A stretch of 64,000 nt of DNA. It comes from Bugula neritina. Taxonomy: Eukaryota; Animalia; Bryozoa. This document shows, in pieces, positions 1 through 25,600 of the stretch. Numbering within the stretch: the stretch's first letter is position 1; each line of letters opens with the position of its first letter. A program made the position numbers and the translations under genes. The notes beneath the pieces are model-generated. The model was given only the letters and a program-made list of their open reading frames with translations, was not told where the DNA came from and did not search any database. The DNA lies in the NCBI GenBank assembly GCA_964035545.1, contig OZ037772.1, positions 10,104,818-10,168,817 on the forward strand. The letters run 5' to 3'.

Positions 1-187
1 AAAAGGCTTTGGGTGCTGTGTGGGCGATACATGCACCACATGGGTGTATCGTGTACCACATACAGCCTTTGACAGCTGTAATAAAAGTTGAGTAAGAAGA
101 AAATTATTTTATGACAAAGAATGATTGCAGATGTGATCAGTTTTACAAATCAATTTGATTGCAACTTTTTAGTCTTGTGTATTGTAG

Positions 188-2797
188 CTGGCCAGCAACT
201 CTCTTGGTATCAGCATAGACAAAGTGCACATACAAGATGTTTCTACAGTCACAGTACCCAACAGCACTGTTACAGCTGCCAGTGTAAATACAGACATCAA
301 TGGAGGAGCTGTGCTGGTATGTAGGCTTATCGCTATACTTCTTTATTACGAATTTATTTATTCTACAATTGAATAAATTCTGCAAAAGCTATGCTTTTAA
401 TCCAAAACTCAAACAACAAAAAGACAGCCATTTTAATTTCATATATTTAATATCAGGACTAGCAGAAAACCTTTTTGCTTGCTGCTATGTAGATACGCTT
501 CATCATATATCTTCCAACATTGCTGGGTTACACCGTTACCTAGCAACTACAAAACCCTCACTTTTATTAGTTCTTAGTTGTTACATGATTTCTTATTTTA
601 CCAGTGAAAAAACTGCATATATTGTTCACAGAATGCCTGTGAAAAGTTGAACAAACGTCTGAAGGCATTTAAGCAGAAGATGCCTGATGCATCTTGGGAA
701 GAGTGGGTTACGTCTGCTTATGTTGAGAGAGTTTCACTGTCAGCTCAAGGATTCTACAGGTGATGACTAGAAATCGATCTTTGAGTAGGAGTTGTCTTTT
801 CATTCGACTAGCTCATTCCCCAGTAATAAAATTGATATTTAAAACTTGCACTGTATAATATTATACTTTGCAGCACACCCGGTCTGGTACCCATTGATTG
901 GTCGATTAGCAAAGGTTCTCCCTATCAGTATCATGTGTTTGGTGCAGCTGTCAGTGAAGTGGAAATAGACTGTTTGACCGGCCATCACCAAGTGAGTTTA
1001 TTTCATTACTACTAATGTGTATAGACTGCTTAGCTGGCTAATACAAATAGGCATGAACGAACCGGGAGCTAAGAGCAGACCTTAGCTTATGTAAAGTGAC
1101 TTTTTAGGAATCATAATTTTGCTGTAATTTATTTTTGCTTTATTGCTTATGCCATGTTTTAATTGGTAAAAGAGTGCACATATTAGGCCTTCAACCTTAA
1201 AAGCTCTTGCCAGAAAAATATACACCATCAAAGTAATTTGCTCACTTTTTGCATAGAGTCAATGAATTGCTTTCCTGCCTGAAAGATGCGGAAAAAAAAG
1301 GTTTTGCAAATAACTTTCACTACTCAAGCATTGGCTTCATTTGTGGAGACGGCTGGCCATGTAATTAACTACTCAGTAAATCATTTATAGGTGTTAGTGT
1401 ATTCCATCAACTGATTTACTCTGTTTAGGTACTGAGGACGGATGTAGTGGTGGATGCAGGAGTTAGCATCAACCCCGCCATAGATATTGGGCAGATTGAA
1501 GGAGCTTTCATTCAGGGTTATGGATTGTATTGTCTCGAAGAGTTACAGGTTAGTTCGATTCAGTCATTCATCAAGTGAGTGAGTAAGTGAGTGAGTGAGT
1601 GAGTGAGTGAGTGAGTGAGTGAGTGAGTGAGTGTGAGTGAATGAGTGAGTAAGTGAGTGTTAGTAAATCTGTTAGTGAGTTAATGTGCTAGTGAGTGAGT
1701 AAGTTAGTGACTAATGGAACGGGTGAGTGTGTAGGTGAATCAGTAAGTGAATGAAAGTGGGTGAATAGTGAGTTAATGAATCAGTCAGTTCCTTGAAAAT
1801 GTGAATGTTTCCTTACTTTCTGATTGTTTCGAGTGTTGAACAATAACTTTTAGAAAAAATGATATTCTTCTTTATTCATTTTCTTGGACATTTTACGTTA
1901 CACATATAATATAGTTGTGATGCAATGTTGGTGACTTCTTCACAGTTTGATGAGTCTGGTGTGATGACCACCGTTGGTCCAGCCACGTACAAAATCCCGT
2001 TGGTAGATAACATTCCAAGAGAGTTTAATGTATCTCTTCTCAAGAACTCAAGCAATCCAGGAAACGTGGCTTCCTCAAAGGTAAGGCAACCCTGACCTTA
2101 TAGCTAACTGGATGTGCCCTGGACAGCTTTAAAACATTATTTTTAGATTACATGCGTTAAGTTAAAGCTTAATTTATTTTTCCCACTTGATTTTTTTCAT
2201 GAATTCTAATATAAATTGCATGAATTTGTGTGAAAATGCTAAGACATTCATTTTTTATAAATCGAAATTATATTTCTTAATCATCATAAATTAATGCTAA
2301 ATCCTTCAATATTTTTTTCATTTTTATTCCGAGTGCCAAATATTCCTATACTTATCATTTCTAAAGCACATAATTATATACTAATTGGTCATCTCCATAC
2401 ACCCTCGCTTCTCAATACACAATGCCACTAAGTATATTTAAAATAAGGCACATTGAGCAGGAATGAGTATTACTATTGTAGTAATATTTATACGGTTACC
2501 TCTCACCATCAAAGTCCTATACACTCATTAGCTAATAATGTTCTTATACAATTAACACTTTAGTTCATATTTATTTTCTACAACTTGTTTGTGAAATTTC
2601 TAGCTATTTTATATGTATGACAGGGCGTTGGTGAGGCTCCCCTTCCGCTGGCTGTTTCTATATTCATGGCTATCAAATCAGCCGTAAAATCAGCACGGAG
2701 AGCTACTGGAAAGGACGAGAGTTTCACTTTCACCTCACCCTGTACTCCCGAGAGAATCAGAATGAGTTGTGCCGACCAGTTCATTGCTACTGCTTAG
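188..2797 (+). CDS. xdh: Xanthine dehydrogenase / aldehyde oxidase family molybdo-flavoenzyme, 3' six exons (5' part outside window)
   Basis: GT-AG exons 188-316, 632-759, 874-991, 1429-1548, 1946-2080 and 2624-2797 splice in frame: ...[25 protein letters not shown]...SLSAQGFY...[55 protein letters not shown]...YKIP...SSKGVGEAPL...[13 protein letters not shown]. These are hallmark XDH/AOX Moco-domain motifs. XDH versus AOX cannot be decided from this part. Confidence 0.93.
1576..1790. repeat. (GAGT)n tetranucleotide microsatellite, degenerating 3'
   Basis: gtgagtgagt... run in an XDH intron. Confidence 0.9.
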
Positions 2798-3810
2798 TGT
2801 GCCTCTGGAGTATCGTATCTAGCCAGTGTACCAACATAGTAATAATTATACAACAATGCTAAATGTGCTATGGCAATATTATACCTACGTGGTGCTAAGT
2901 GCGCTGCTACAATACAGATCATGTGCTTTCATGTCTATTATACTGTCCTCTAGCAATACTAAACCTACAAGTGTTCTGCAGGGATGATTTGCTTGTATTG
3001 TGGGTCATATTTTGAGCCATTAATCATCAAATTTTATATTATATAATAGGAAATAATGCTGCGATGATAATTATGTTATTTTTCAAAAAACTTGAAATGA
3101 ATTTTTACTTACAAGTTTTTAAATTTAATGAACAGAGATTGAAAATAAATCACAACGTATTGATTTTTCATACTAAAATTCAACAAGTTTTAAAAAAAGT
3201 AGTGCATCTTCATAAAGAACAGAAAACATAAAAAACTGCTGAAGATTTGCATATGAACTTTTCAGTGTAGTGGAAAGCTGTATTTGTTCTGCTGTCTTAT
3301 GGCTTTCACTGTAGCACAATATGAAAGTCAAAAAGCAACAATTCTTCTGACAAAAGCTCCCTCCTCTCCCAAAATACTGATGAAAAAGATTATGGTTCTC
3401 GAGCTAGGTTTTACACTATTACTCTTACTAATAGAGTAATACGTATTTGTATTCAATGAAGTTTTACTGTGGCATGAGGTGGAGATGAAAACAATTGTTT
3501 GGAATTATTGACATAGAATAATCAACTTTATTCAATCAGAATAGTTACTCAGTACAACAACTCATAGGTTTAAAAATAACACCACAGCAAAACACAACAT
3601 TCTACACAAATATTTAATATATTCAATTCGATGGATGCTTGGTGAAAAATAAAAACATTAAGTTTTTAGAAAAAATGGCAAGTTAAAAGTGAACATTAGC
3701 GTGCAATCCAGTGACAGATAACTTTGAAAACAGTAAGAAATCAGATTGATTGAACATCGACATCTACAGCATAGACAAAGACATCTAACAGTAAATTGTT
3801 CATAAAATAG

Positions 3811-7986
<4,176 letters not shown>

Positions 7987-8857
7987 CTTTGTTAAATGCA
8001 CGAATTGGATCAGCTGTAGTAGCCTTCGCTTGATAAAGACTCTACCCTTACAAATTGTGAAACTGGCTTAGGTAAATATTTAGAGGCAACTTTAGGCTAA
8101 TTAGAGTATAATAAGGTCGTTTTTAACACGAGTATATCAGCAACTACCCGGCGTCTTTGAAGACGCAAATAGTTGTGTGTTATGTAATACGCGCATTTAG
8201 GTAGAGCATAACTCCTTTTTATTTGCGCAGAGGCGAGTCAAATAGTGCACTAGCTGCGGTGTGATGTAAGATCATCCCAATAAACTAAAACTTCTTATAG
8301 TTGTAAATTGTAATTATAGTTCATTAATGATTATACCCTTTGAGGAGCATTCTCTGTAATGATCATAGATCAATAAACACACTAGAATCTCAGATCAAAA
8401 TAATAATAATAATAGCTATAGCTATAATAGTTTAAGAATTATACTAAAGTGCAAGTTTATGATAGGTTTAATAATTGGTGTATTGTTTATCAGCAACCAG
8501 AGAAAGTTGATAAAATACATGAATTTGTAGCTCAAATTTAATTAATGAAGGATGTCAAGCACCCCTTGAGATCTTCAATCTCAATTCACAAAAGAAGCAT
8601 TAGTATATAAAATTTATAAATAAATGTGTAACTAAATTGTGTAAATTAACAAAATTATGGATATACAGAAAAATACACTATATTCAAATTGGAAATGTAC
8701 AGTTTACAAAAATAGGCTGAGTCTTTGTATCATATATGCAACGTGCTAGACATGAAAAATTAAGAAGATAGCCAGTATTTACACTGAATTTTGCAACGTG
8801 TTGTCATGTTTGTGATATGTAATAAATCAATCAATCAATTATGTAAGTAATGAGAGA

Positions 8858-9081
8858 AGGAAGCAGATGTGGTCTAGGAGTTATAAGAGCGTTTACTTAG
8901 TGAACACTAAGTCATGGGTTCAAGCCCTGACAAAAGCCATTGGTGATATTAGGAAGAGCATTTAGTCATAAATGCTCCTTTGTCTCATCTGAACAAGTTC
9001 TTAGCCAGATTCAACAAAAAAAGTTTCCAGCAGGAGTTTCTCACAGGGATAGCGACTATAAACTTGCGTGAATGAGTTGCT
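8858..9081 (+). mobile_element. tRNA-derived SINE
   Basis: A/B-box-like head (TGGTCTAGGAG...GGTTCAAGCCC) and a 14-bp TSD TAAGTAATGAGAGA (8844-8857 / 9082-9095). The empty site is present in the duplicate at ~61071, and the same family occurs at ~24167 and ~35330. Confidence 0.85.
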
Positions 9082-9489
9082 TAAGTAATGAGAGAGTGCA
9101 CAATATTCTGTTAGAAGCATGTAAATATAGTCCGGGTTCCAAGTCAACTGGTGAATAGGAAACTAAAATGAGCAGTAATACTAGAGTGAAGGAACAGGTT
9201 CAGCGTATGATCCAACCATGTAGATAGTTTCTAGAGAAGAGAATTCCTCTAGCATGCCTAAAATTAGTAAAGGAAAAGCTACAATAACAACTATACATTG
9301 AACGAAATAAGCTAATTTATATTAATCAGACTTTGATGTACAGAAAGACTAATAAGAAAACTATATATTACATATTATACCCCATAATCTACGTCTTAGA
9401 TTTGTTCTTGATTGAAATAATATAGACTGAAAGCAAAGTATAAGCTGGGCAGCATAAATTATCTGACATAATATATATGTCTACTATAC

Positions 9490-10790
9490 GCTACACTACA
9501 CTGCACTGCACTGCACTGCACTGCACTGCACTGCACTGCACTGCACTGCACTGCACTGCACTGCACTGCACTGCACTGCACTGCACTGCACTGCACTGCA
9601 CTGCACTGCACTGCACTGCACTGCACTGCACTGCACTGCACTGCACTGCACTGCACTGCACTGCACTGCACTGCACTGCACTGCACTGCACTGCACTGCA
9701 CTGCACTGCACTGCACTGCACTGCACTGCACTGCACTGCACTGCACTGCACTGCACTGCACTGCACTGCACTGCACTGCACTGCACTGCACTGCACTGCA
9801 CTGCACTGCACTGCACTGCACTGCACTGCACTGTACTATACTACACTATACTATACTATGTGGTCCCCTTGGTCACCTTTCACCGCCATGATCCTGGGCC
9901 GGTGGCGGAATAATATCCTATATACTATAATACACCATTACTATACTATACTATTACTACACTGTACTATGCTATACTATGCTATGCTATGCTGTACTAT
10001 ACTATGCTATGCTATACTATACTATACTATACTATACTATACTATACTTTACTATACTATACTATACTATGCTATGATATGCTATACTATACTATACTAT
10101 AGTATGCTACACTATACTATACTATACTATACTATGCCATGCTATGCTGTACTATACCATGCTATGCTATACTATACTATACTATACTATGCTGTGCTAT
10201 GCTGTGCTATGCTATGCTATACTATACTATACTATAGTATACTATACTATACTATGCTGTGCTATGCTATGCTATACTATACTATACTATAGTATACTAT
10301 ACTATACTATGCTGTGCTATGCTATGCTATACTATACTATGCTATGCTATACTATACTATACTATACTATGCTATGCTAAGCTATGCTATACTGTCCTAC
10401 ACTATACTATACTATGCTGTGCTATGCTATGCTATACTATACTATACTATACTATACTATGCTGTACTATGCTATACTATACTATACTATACTATACTAT
10501 ACTATACTATACTATGCTGTGCTATGCTATGCTATACTATACTATACTATAGTATACTATACTATACTATGCTGTGCTATGCTATGCTATACTATACTAT
10601 ACTATACTATACTATACTATGCTGTGCTATGCTATGCTATACTATACTATACTATAGTATACTATACTATACTATGCTGTGCTATGCTATGCTATACTAT
10701 ACTATACTATAGTATACTATACTATACTATGCTGTGCTATGCTATACTATACTATAATATATTATACTATGCTATGCTATGCTATGCTAC
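9490..10790. repeat. Compound pentanucleotide microsatellite: (CACTG)n then (ATACT/ATGCT)n
   Basis: Directly visible; accounts for all ORFs between 9459 and 10891. Confidence 0.97.
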
Positions 10791-11199
10791 GTCTCATTTC
10801 AGAACTAGTGCACACATTTAGTACACCAGTGATTGATGCAATTCTAATTCTCTATAAGAATTTTGGTTTTATGAGAATATTTTTAGTCTGAGTTATATAG
10901 TTATAGAAATAGTAGGATACAAGTTCTGTCTATTTAATAATCAACACTGTTACACACTATAATATTATTAATTACAGTATTCATGTACTTCACTCAACAT
11001 ATACAAGCAACAATCTTTGGAACTGGGCACATGTTAATAAGACTAAACCAGAGTAGAATAATAAATTATATAAATATTTGGATGAGATTCACTAGTAAGT
11101 CACTCCCTCTTTCATTGGATAAAAGAAATCAATACTACTCAATAGTTTGCAAACAATCAAGTTCTGTGTACAAATGCACCTATAGGATAGCTCCAGCAT

Positions 11200-11373
11200 T
11201 CTGATTGGACACACAAAAAGGAAGTTAATAACTCCGCCCAAATTAATAATTCCGGTTCCTTACAATTAGTCATGACTTGTTTATGAAGATTCAGTTTCAT
11301 TTAAGACTAGTTTACTGTAGCTTTCAGAGGAGTGTGTGGATACAGCAAGTACTTCATTGATCATAAGATACAG
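11200..11373 (+). promoter_or_regulatory. Putative promoter and non-coding exon 1 of TRIM copy A
   Basis: ATTGG (CCAAT box) at 11204, GGAAGT at 11220, CCGCCC GC box, TTAGTCA, AGTTTCATTT at 11293 and donor CAG|GTAATT at 11374. The block is conserved upstream of copy C (44991-45170). Confidence 0.6.
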
Positions 11374-12101
11374 GTAATTAGTCTAACAACTTTAATACTT
11401 CAACTTGCCACTTTTCAGCTGGTCAAATCCCTAATGGTTATTATTTTACTAAGAACTAAATTAATGTATTATCTTTCAAGTATTATTATTCTTGCTGTTT
11501 AGCTGGAATATGAATTTGGCTTGCATACAACTCACAATTGACACTCACTTTAACTGTGTTCTGGGTGTGACATGTAACAACTGCTTTGGATATTCATATT
11601 ATATGTTTAGTGTTCACATAGCATATTGTTGGTAGTTGCAGTAAGGAACTCTAGTCTGACAAAAACACAACCTAATTTTTCTGCTTTTATAAACCTTGCT
11701 GCTTTGCAACTTTACACAAGAATTCTCAGTCAGTATTTAAAATAATATTCATGTAGTATTTCATGAAAACAGTGTATAACAATCAAATTTTTTCAACTAA
11801 AAATGTTTTACAAGTTACCTATAAAATTAAAGTATACTTGAAGTTGTGTGATAAATATAAAACTTTTAATAATAAAACCGTGCCAGTTGAATACTTTTAC
11901 TGTGTCTTTATGTCTATCATGAATGAACATCAGCTCTGATTATTATATTTTATTATATTTATGTATTATAATATACTGTATAGTTTATACACTGTATACT
12001 ATACAGCATGTGTTATATAATATAGCATACTGTGTACTTAGTTATACTTTGTTATTATTTCTTATACAATTATAAATGCTACTATTCCCCTATAGAACAG
12101 A

Positions 12102-19635
<7,534 letters not shown>

Positions 19636-22633
19636 AACTGAACTAACAGAGTCAGTAATTGCTGTGGGAGATACCGAGTCCTACTTCATGTTTGTATTGT
19701 ACCTGTTGACCATGCTTAGTAATTCTTTCACTATCCGAACTATATCATTATAGGCCTATCATTCTGCTACATTCAATGCCACTCACTACGTCTCTAATGC
19801 TTTGTAATTATGCTATATAATGGAGGTTTTTCATTTTATGCAAAGGAACATTATCAATGGAATAAAATCACAACCCATGTGCTGCATTTAGTTGATCAAC
19901 AATTGCGAAAGAGTAGCATATCTCGTTGGTGGCCGGTTTCAATAGTTCAAGGTCACATGATGAACTCCTCTAAAGTTTCAATAGAATCTAAGCAAACTAA
20001 TTTTTAGCTCATAATCATTTATCTAATTACATATGATCAACGGCATATTTCAAATAGCAAGAATTTGGCATGCACAATGCACAGGACAAACTAATTGCTG
20101 AAGCAGCGTGACTTATTATCAGTGGCCGGGCTGTGAAAAATTTGGTTAGAATACGCTATGAATTGAATACTAATATATTAGTGCTTTGTAATCCATACGC
20201 AAGAATCTATTTGATGAACATGGTGACATGGGAACATGGTGACAATGTCATTTTTCAAATGTTATATTCTACTTTAAACCAATAATTAATTCAATCACAA
20301 AGCAAAAATTAAATGGAAAAACTATAAATATTTAGCCATTCAATTCTCAGTTCATTTTGAAGTTCAATAAATGGCTTTCTTTGGAGCTCAATCTTATTGT
20401 TACTGATGTGTTTTTAAAAGGTATTGCCAACTTATACTAACTTAGTAATTATAGAACAGTAACTATCTGCAGTATCATATTGTATAGCATTGTATTGTAT
20501 TTTATTGTATAGCATTGCATTGTATTTATCAATTTCCTCCACCAATTAAAGAGAAAGTGACTTATTAGTATAGTAAATCTCACCAAAATATATTTATTAT
20601 TTCTACTGTAGTATTACTAAGATGTGACCAGCTCCATGAAGTGTTGATTGTATATGTTGAGTTAAAATACATGAATATTGTAGCAGAGGTAGCATGTAAC
20701 AGTGTTGATTATTAAATAGACAGAACATGTCTTCTAATATTTCTATAACTATTCAGATTAAATATACTTCCTTCTCACTGCTTAAACAGCCCTGACCTAC
20801 ACTATTATAAGATAACTCACCACAGTATATACAACTCTAATTAATAGCAACTATAATATGCTTTGTACAATGTTTACTACAGTAGAGATGAAAGGTTACA
20901 AGAGGCACACAAAAGGTTATACTAAAGCATTAAATTTTATATCATATGGTCTGATATATAAAACAACATGTCAGTTTGGTTGTTTTAGCTGCATGGAATT
21001 CAGTTTGAGTTTGTAAAAATGTTTAAGGAGTTTTGGTGAACAGAATGTGGTGGTTGACAAAACTTTACCTGAAACTTGTTTCTTGTGCGAAGCAGACACT
21101 GTTTTGGCTTCATCTCTGCTTTTATGTATTATATAAATTTAAATTATAAGTAACGGTCCCTTACTGAAAAAGAATAATATCTCTGTATGTCAATACTTTG
21201 TAGAAAGAAATTGTTTGCTTTTTCACCAAATGAAGGGTAGTTCAAGTTTGTAGAAATATCAGCTGCCATATCTTTTGTAGAATAAGCTTTTTAGTAAGTT
21301 TTTATTCTAGCTTATAATAGCACTGAATAGTACACTGTATAATAAGCTGGAGAAGAGAAAGCAGTTTAGCTGCACTCAAATTATTAGTGGCAATAATTTC
21401 TAGGAAAAAAGCTAGTCATTTGCATTATGATCTTTTTCAGAGTAATAGAAACAGTTTATACTAAATAAAAATTGATTGTTTATGAACTACTAACTAATTC
21501 CTATTTGTAACATGTCCAATAGATGTGTGATATTTTATAGAAGGTGATAATAAAAATATTAAAGGATATTCAAAGTAAAACTGGATATATAAAATTTTGG
21601 GTCTTCTCTTTATTAGTTGAAGAGTCAATTGCTAAATAAAAGGCAAGCTAATCTTTATTAAATGATCGCTGCTTAATAAGTAAGGGAATAATGTGCTATT
21701 TCTTGCTACTGATTATAATTTCATACCATAGCTGAAAACAGTTTCAAATCGTACCATATCTGAATGCAACAAAGCAATCCGTTCATATTAATAGCAAAAT
21801 CTGATGCATTAGTAATTTCTAAGGCAGCAAACATAGATCACACAGTTAATTGGGCTTGATATGATTGCAAATAACAAAAATTTAGTCAAGATAGAAATTA
21901 ATAGGAAATTGAGAGAAAATTTCAGAAATTTAAAGTGCATAATATATATCTAGCAACCACCAATAAAATTGTTATATAAAGTTAAACATATTTGTAGAAA
22001 TAGATTGTGTATAATTGATATAACGTACAATAGACTGGATTTTCTGGTATATAATGCACCAGTACAAAAAATTGCGCGATAATAGTGAATGAAAAATAGT
22101 GCTTGTTATGAAATTTTGACGGTTATAGCCTGTCTAGTAGTCCACTGTAAAGTAGGAAGTTAAACATGCGGCTGTCTATAGTGAAGTAAACTGACTTAGT
22201 TGACTCATTGAAGCAGTGATGTACTGGGAAGGTAACTCCTTATGTATGACTCAACATGTTGTGTTCTACAAAGCATAGCAGAGATGATTAGTATATACAA
22301 TATCTCCCATGTTATAATAATACAATACTATGATACATTAGTATATACACTGTATTGTAAACCGTTGCTTTATAATTTAACTATTGATTGATAAATAATC
22401 AGGGGAGATAACTGGTAATAATGTGCACACAACTATATAGTTAACCAACGATATTATTATAATACTATAGATAGTCATAATATTTCTATGCAATAAAATG
22501 CAATGCAACACACAATATTATACAAGATGTAATGTAAAACTATTCAATGCAAAGCAGCATTAAAAATGTGAAATAGTATTAGAAACATGAATTAGAAAAG
22601 CACTCAGTACCTCTCACAACATTTAGTTCATCT

Positions 22634-25600
22634 TCACCTTATCTGATAGAACTTGACTTGTCCATTAGAAGACCAATCTGGAACTACTAGAGTAAAGCCA
22701 GTGATGTGGAGATCAGTTAGGAGACCGTTTTCAGTAGGTATCCTGGTTAGTAACTTGCCTGTTGAGATAAAAGACATAATGTTCTTTTTTAGGAATCAAA
22801 GATAATATAAAGAGAGTGCAGTTTATTTGCAGCTAATAACTATAAATATGAATGAACTCATTTCATCAAATTATAACACATATATTTCATACACTATATG
22901 TATTCTACACAGTAACTAACCCGTATGTAATGATAGTACACAGAGTGTGGTAGGATTAGTAACATCAGCCACAAGTACAAACTCATCTCTATAGCAGGTC
23001 ACTCCAAGAGGTCTAGCCACATCCTTACACTGCCAGATGATGTCACCTGTTGAGGTGTCTACTTTGTATACTAGAGATGAGTAACGCTGAGATATAATAA
23101 TTGAGTTGTTATCTGCAGCAGACAGATGTACAAGAGCATCAGTAACTAGAGGACAGGGTAAAGTGTTTACTATCTCCCCATTCAGAGAGTAGAGTACTAG
23201 AGTTTTATTCAGCCTGCCAGGAATAGCTATCTGATTGTTTATGATGGCAAGCCGATTCTTCCACGTTGTTTTTCTATCTGCATGAGTCCAACTGGTGATG
23301 AACTTCCCTTCAAGGTCATGAACTCTTACAGTTGAATCAGAAGACAGAGTATATATCCTATCATTATGTACTGAGATACTCAACACATCGCTACCCTTAA
23401 TAGAGATGAATGATTTAGTTACTTTGTTGTTCTCATCTATCCTGTCTACACTTCCTTCACATCCAGCATATGTGACACCTTTATAGGTGTAAACAGACCT
23501 GCAGAATGAATAAACTTTAACAGAGTTTATCAGTTCTACAGACTTGGGTGGTGGAGGTGAGACAACCAGTCCTTGTTCAGGAGTTATCCTTGCTCTCTTT
23601 TCATTGGTCAATTCAATCTCTGTATCTCTTTTCTCTTCTGTAATAAAATATTAACACGCATGACATGGTAATATAATATAAAATAGCTAATACATCAGAA
23701 AAACTAGCAGATATGTAAACATACATGCATATTTTTGTGCATCACTACACAAACAGCAGTGCTATAGCAACACTGCAATGATCATGCAATTTTCATTTAA
23801 AAAAAAATAATATAATTTTGGCCTTTTGGACCAGATTTTTTTTATGGGAATCAACTATATTGAAAAAAGTTTACTGCAGAAACAAATCAGAGAAATGCCA
23901 AATGAGGAAAATGTAACAGTTAGCAACATATAGCTTACACAGTATATTGTATATAGTATATTGCAGGGATGTAGTGTGGCAATAGTATAAACCCAGTTTT
24001 GGAAAATATCATTATAGTAATGCTTTCATCATGTTAAATTAAACTATTATGTATAATGTATTTTTATAAGACAAATATATAAAGTGAAATACTAGTCAAA
24101 CGCGCTAACTCCTAAACTGAGGCTGCTCCTAAAAATATATGTCCTCGCTTAGGGCATATTTCTGAGAGCAGCCGGAGTCTATGAGTTAGATCGATTGCTC
24201 AGTAAGCACAAAGTCAAGGATTCGAGCCCGGACAAAGGCTATTGGTGATGTTAGAAAGAGCATCCAGTCATAATTGCTCCTGTGCCTCATTTAAATAAGT
24301 CTTTAGCCCTCTTTAACAAAATCCTCAGGGGTTTCTCACAGAGATGGTGACTATAGACTTGCAAGAGTTTTTTTATATTGAGTGAAATACCAAACGAGGA
24401 AAATGAAAATGAAAATGTAACAATTAGCAACATATAGCTTACATACATAATATACCCGAAATCTAAAGGTCAAAATATACTTCCGTGATGATGTTATTTA
24501 AATACGACAAGACATAACAAAATGTCATAAAATGACCATTTATTATAGTTCTATTCAATATGTTGTTTTAAATAATTTTGCATGGATAACATATAAAACC
24601 AACCTTTGATTTTAACTGATGTTACAAAATCAAAATCCATTAACTTAGGAATCTCTTCTGTCAACAGTCTATCAATCTCCTTCTTCATATCACTATATGA
24701 CTTGATGATGTCAACCTAACAATATTAAATATACTGACAATGTGACACTGTGTAGCAGGTGCTTGGGAGTTGTTTGCTTATATTATCGAGCATGTCAGGG
24801 TTGAGTATGGACAATGAGATCAACAACAATGCTACATTTGACACTAACAAAAAATCTAAAAAGCGGCATTGCAAAGCAAAACCTTGAAGGATAGAGATTG
24901 CAATGCAGTATAAGGGAAACCGACTTCTACAAACTAATGGGTAAAGTTTAAGCTAATAAACTGTACCCTATAAAGAAAGCACAGATTTCAAATTTGACAG
25001 TGTGCTATATGGTATTAAATACAGCATCCTAATATAATATTATAAAATATTATCCTATAGTATATTGTGAAGTGTCCTATACGATTATACACTATACTGT
25101 ATCATATGGTATTAACTATTATACTGCAGCATCCTACAGTAGTTTACAGTATTCTATGGTATTATACAGTAACGTATAGTATTATATAATGTCCTATAGT
25201 ACTATATACATTATCCTATGATATTATAAGTATTAATTAGGGTATTATTGTATTATACAGTATCCTATATATTATAGTACAGTGTCATATAGCGTTATAG
25301 TACCGGGTGTCAAACCTTTTCAGACCGAGGGCAAATGAAGTGAAATATTCTAATGACAACGACCAGTCTGTTAAACTTAGCTTGAAATGTGAACAAGGTG
25401 ACAGTATTTTTTAATTGCTTCATTCAAAATTCGTATAAATCATTACACAATGAAGTCCTATTAACTAATACAGGCTGTATATGTTTTAGCAATGTATACA
25501 AAAAGATATTTAATTAAGGGTGTTTTTCCACTTTAATTAGTATATCTGAGCAAAAAATTTTGCTTTATGTCTTTGAGGGTGGCATAAATGTTGGACAGCC

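Noticed and set aside
121-650. ORF-track proteins 121..324, 143..385 and 300..650
   Set aside because: Wrong-frame or antisense overlaps of XDH exons and introns
9459-10891. Long ORFs (QCSAV, CTALH and YYTIL repeats)
   Set aside because: Translations of pentanucleotide microsatellites; array length is completely different in the duplicate
19810-20007. 65-aa ORF repeated at 61903-62097
   Set aside because: Lies in the TRIM 3' UTR/intergenic region; start and stop positions differ between the copies, and there is no recognisable motif
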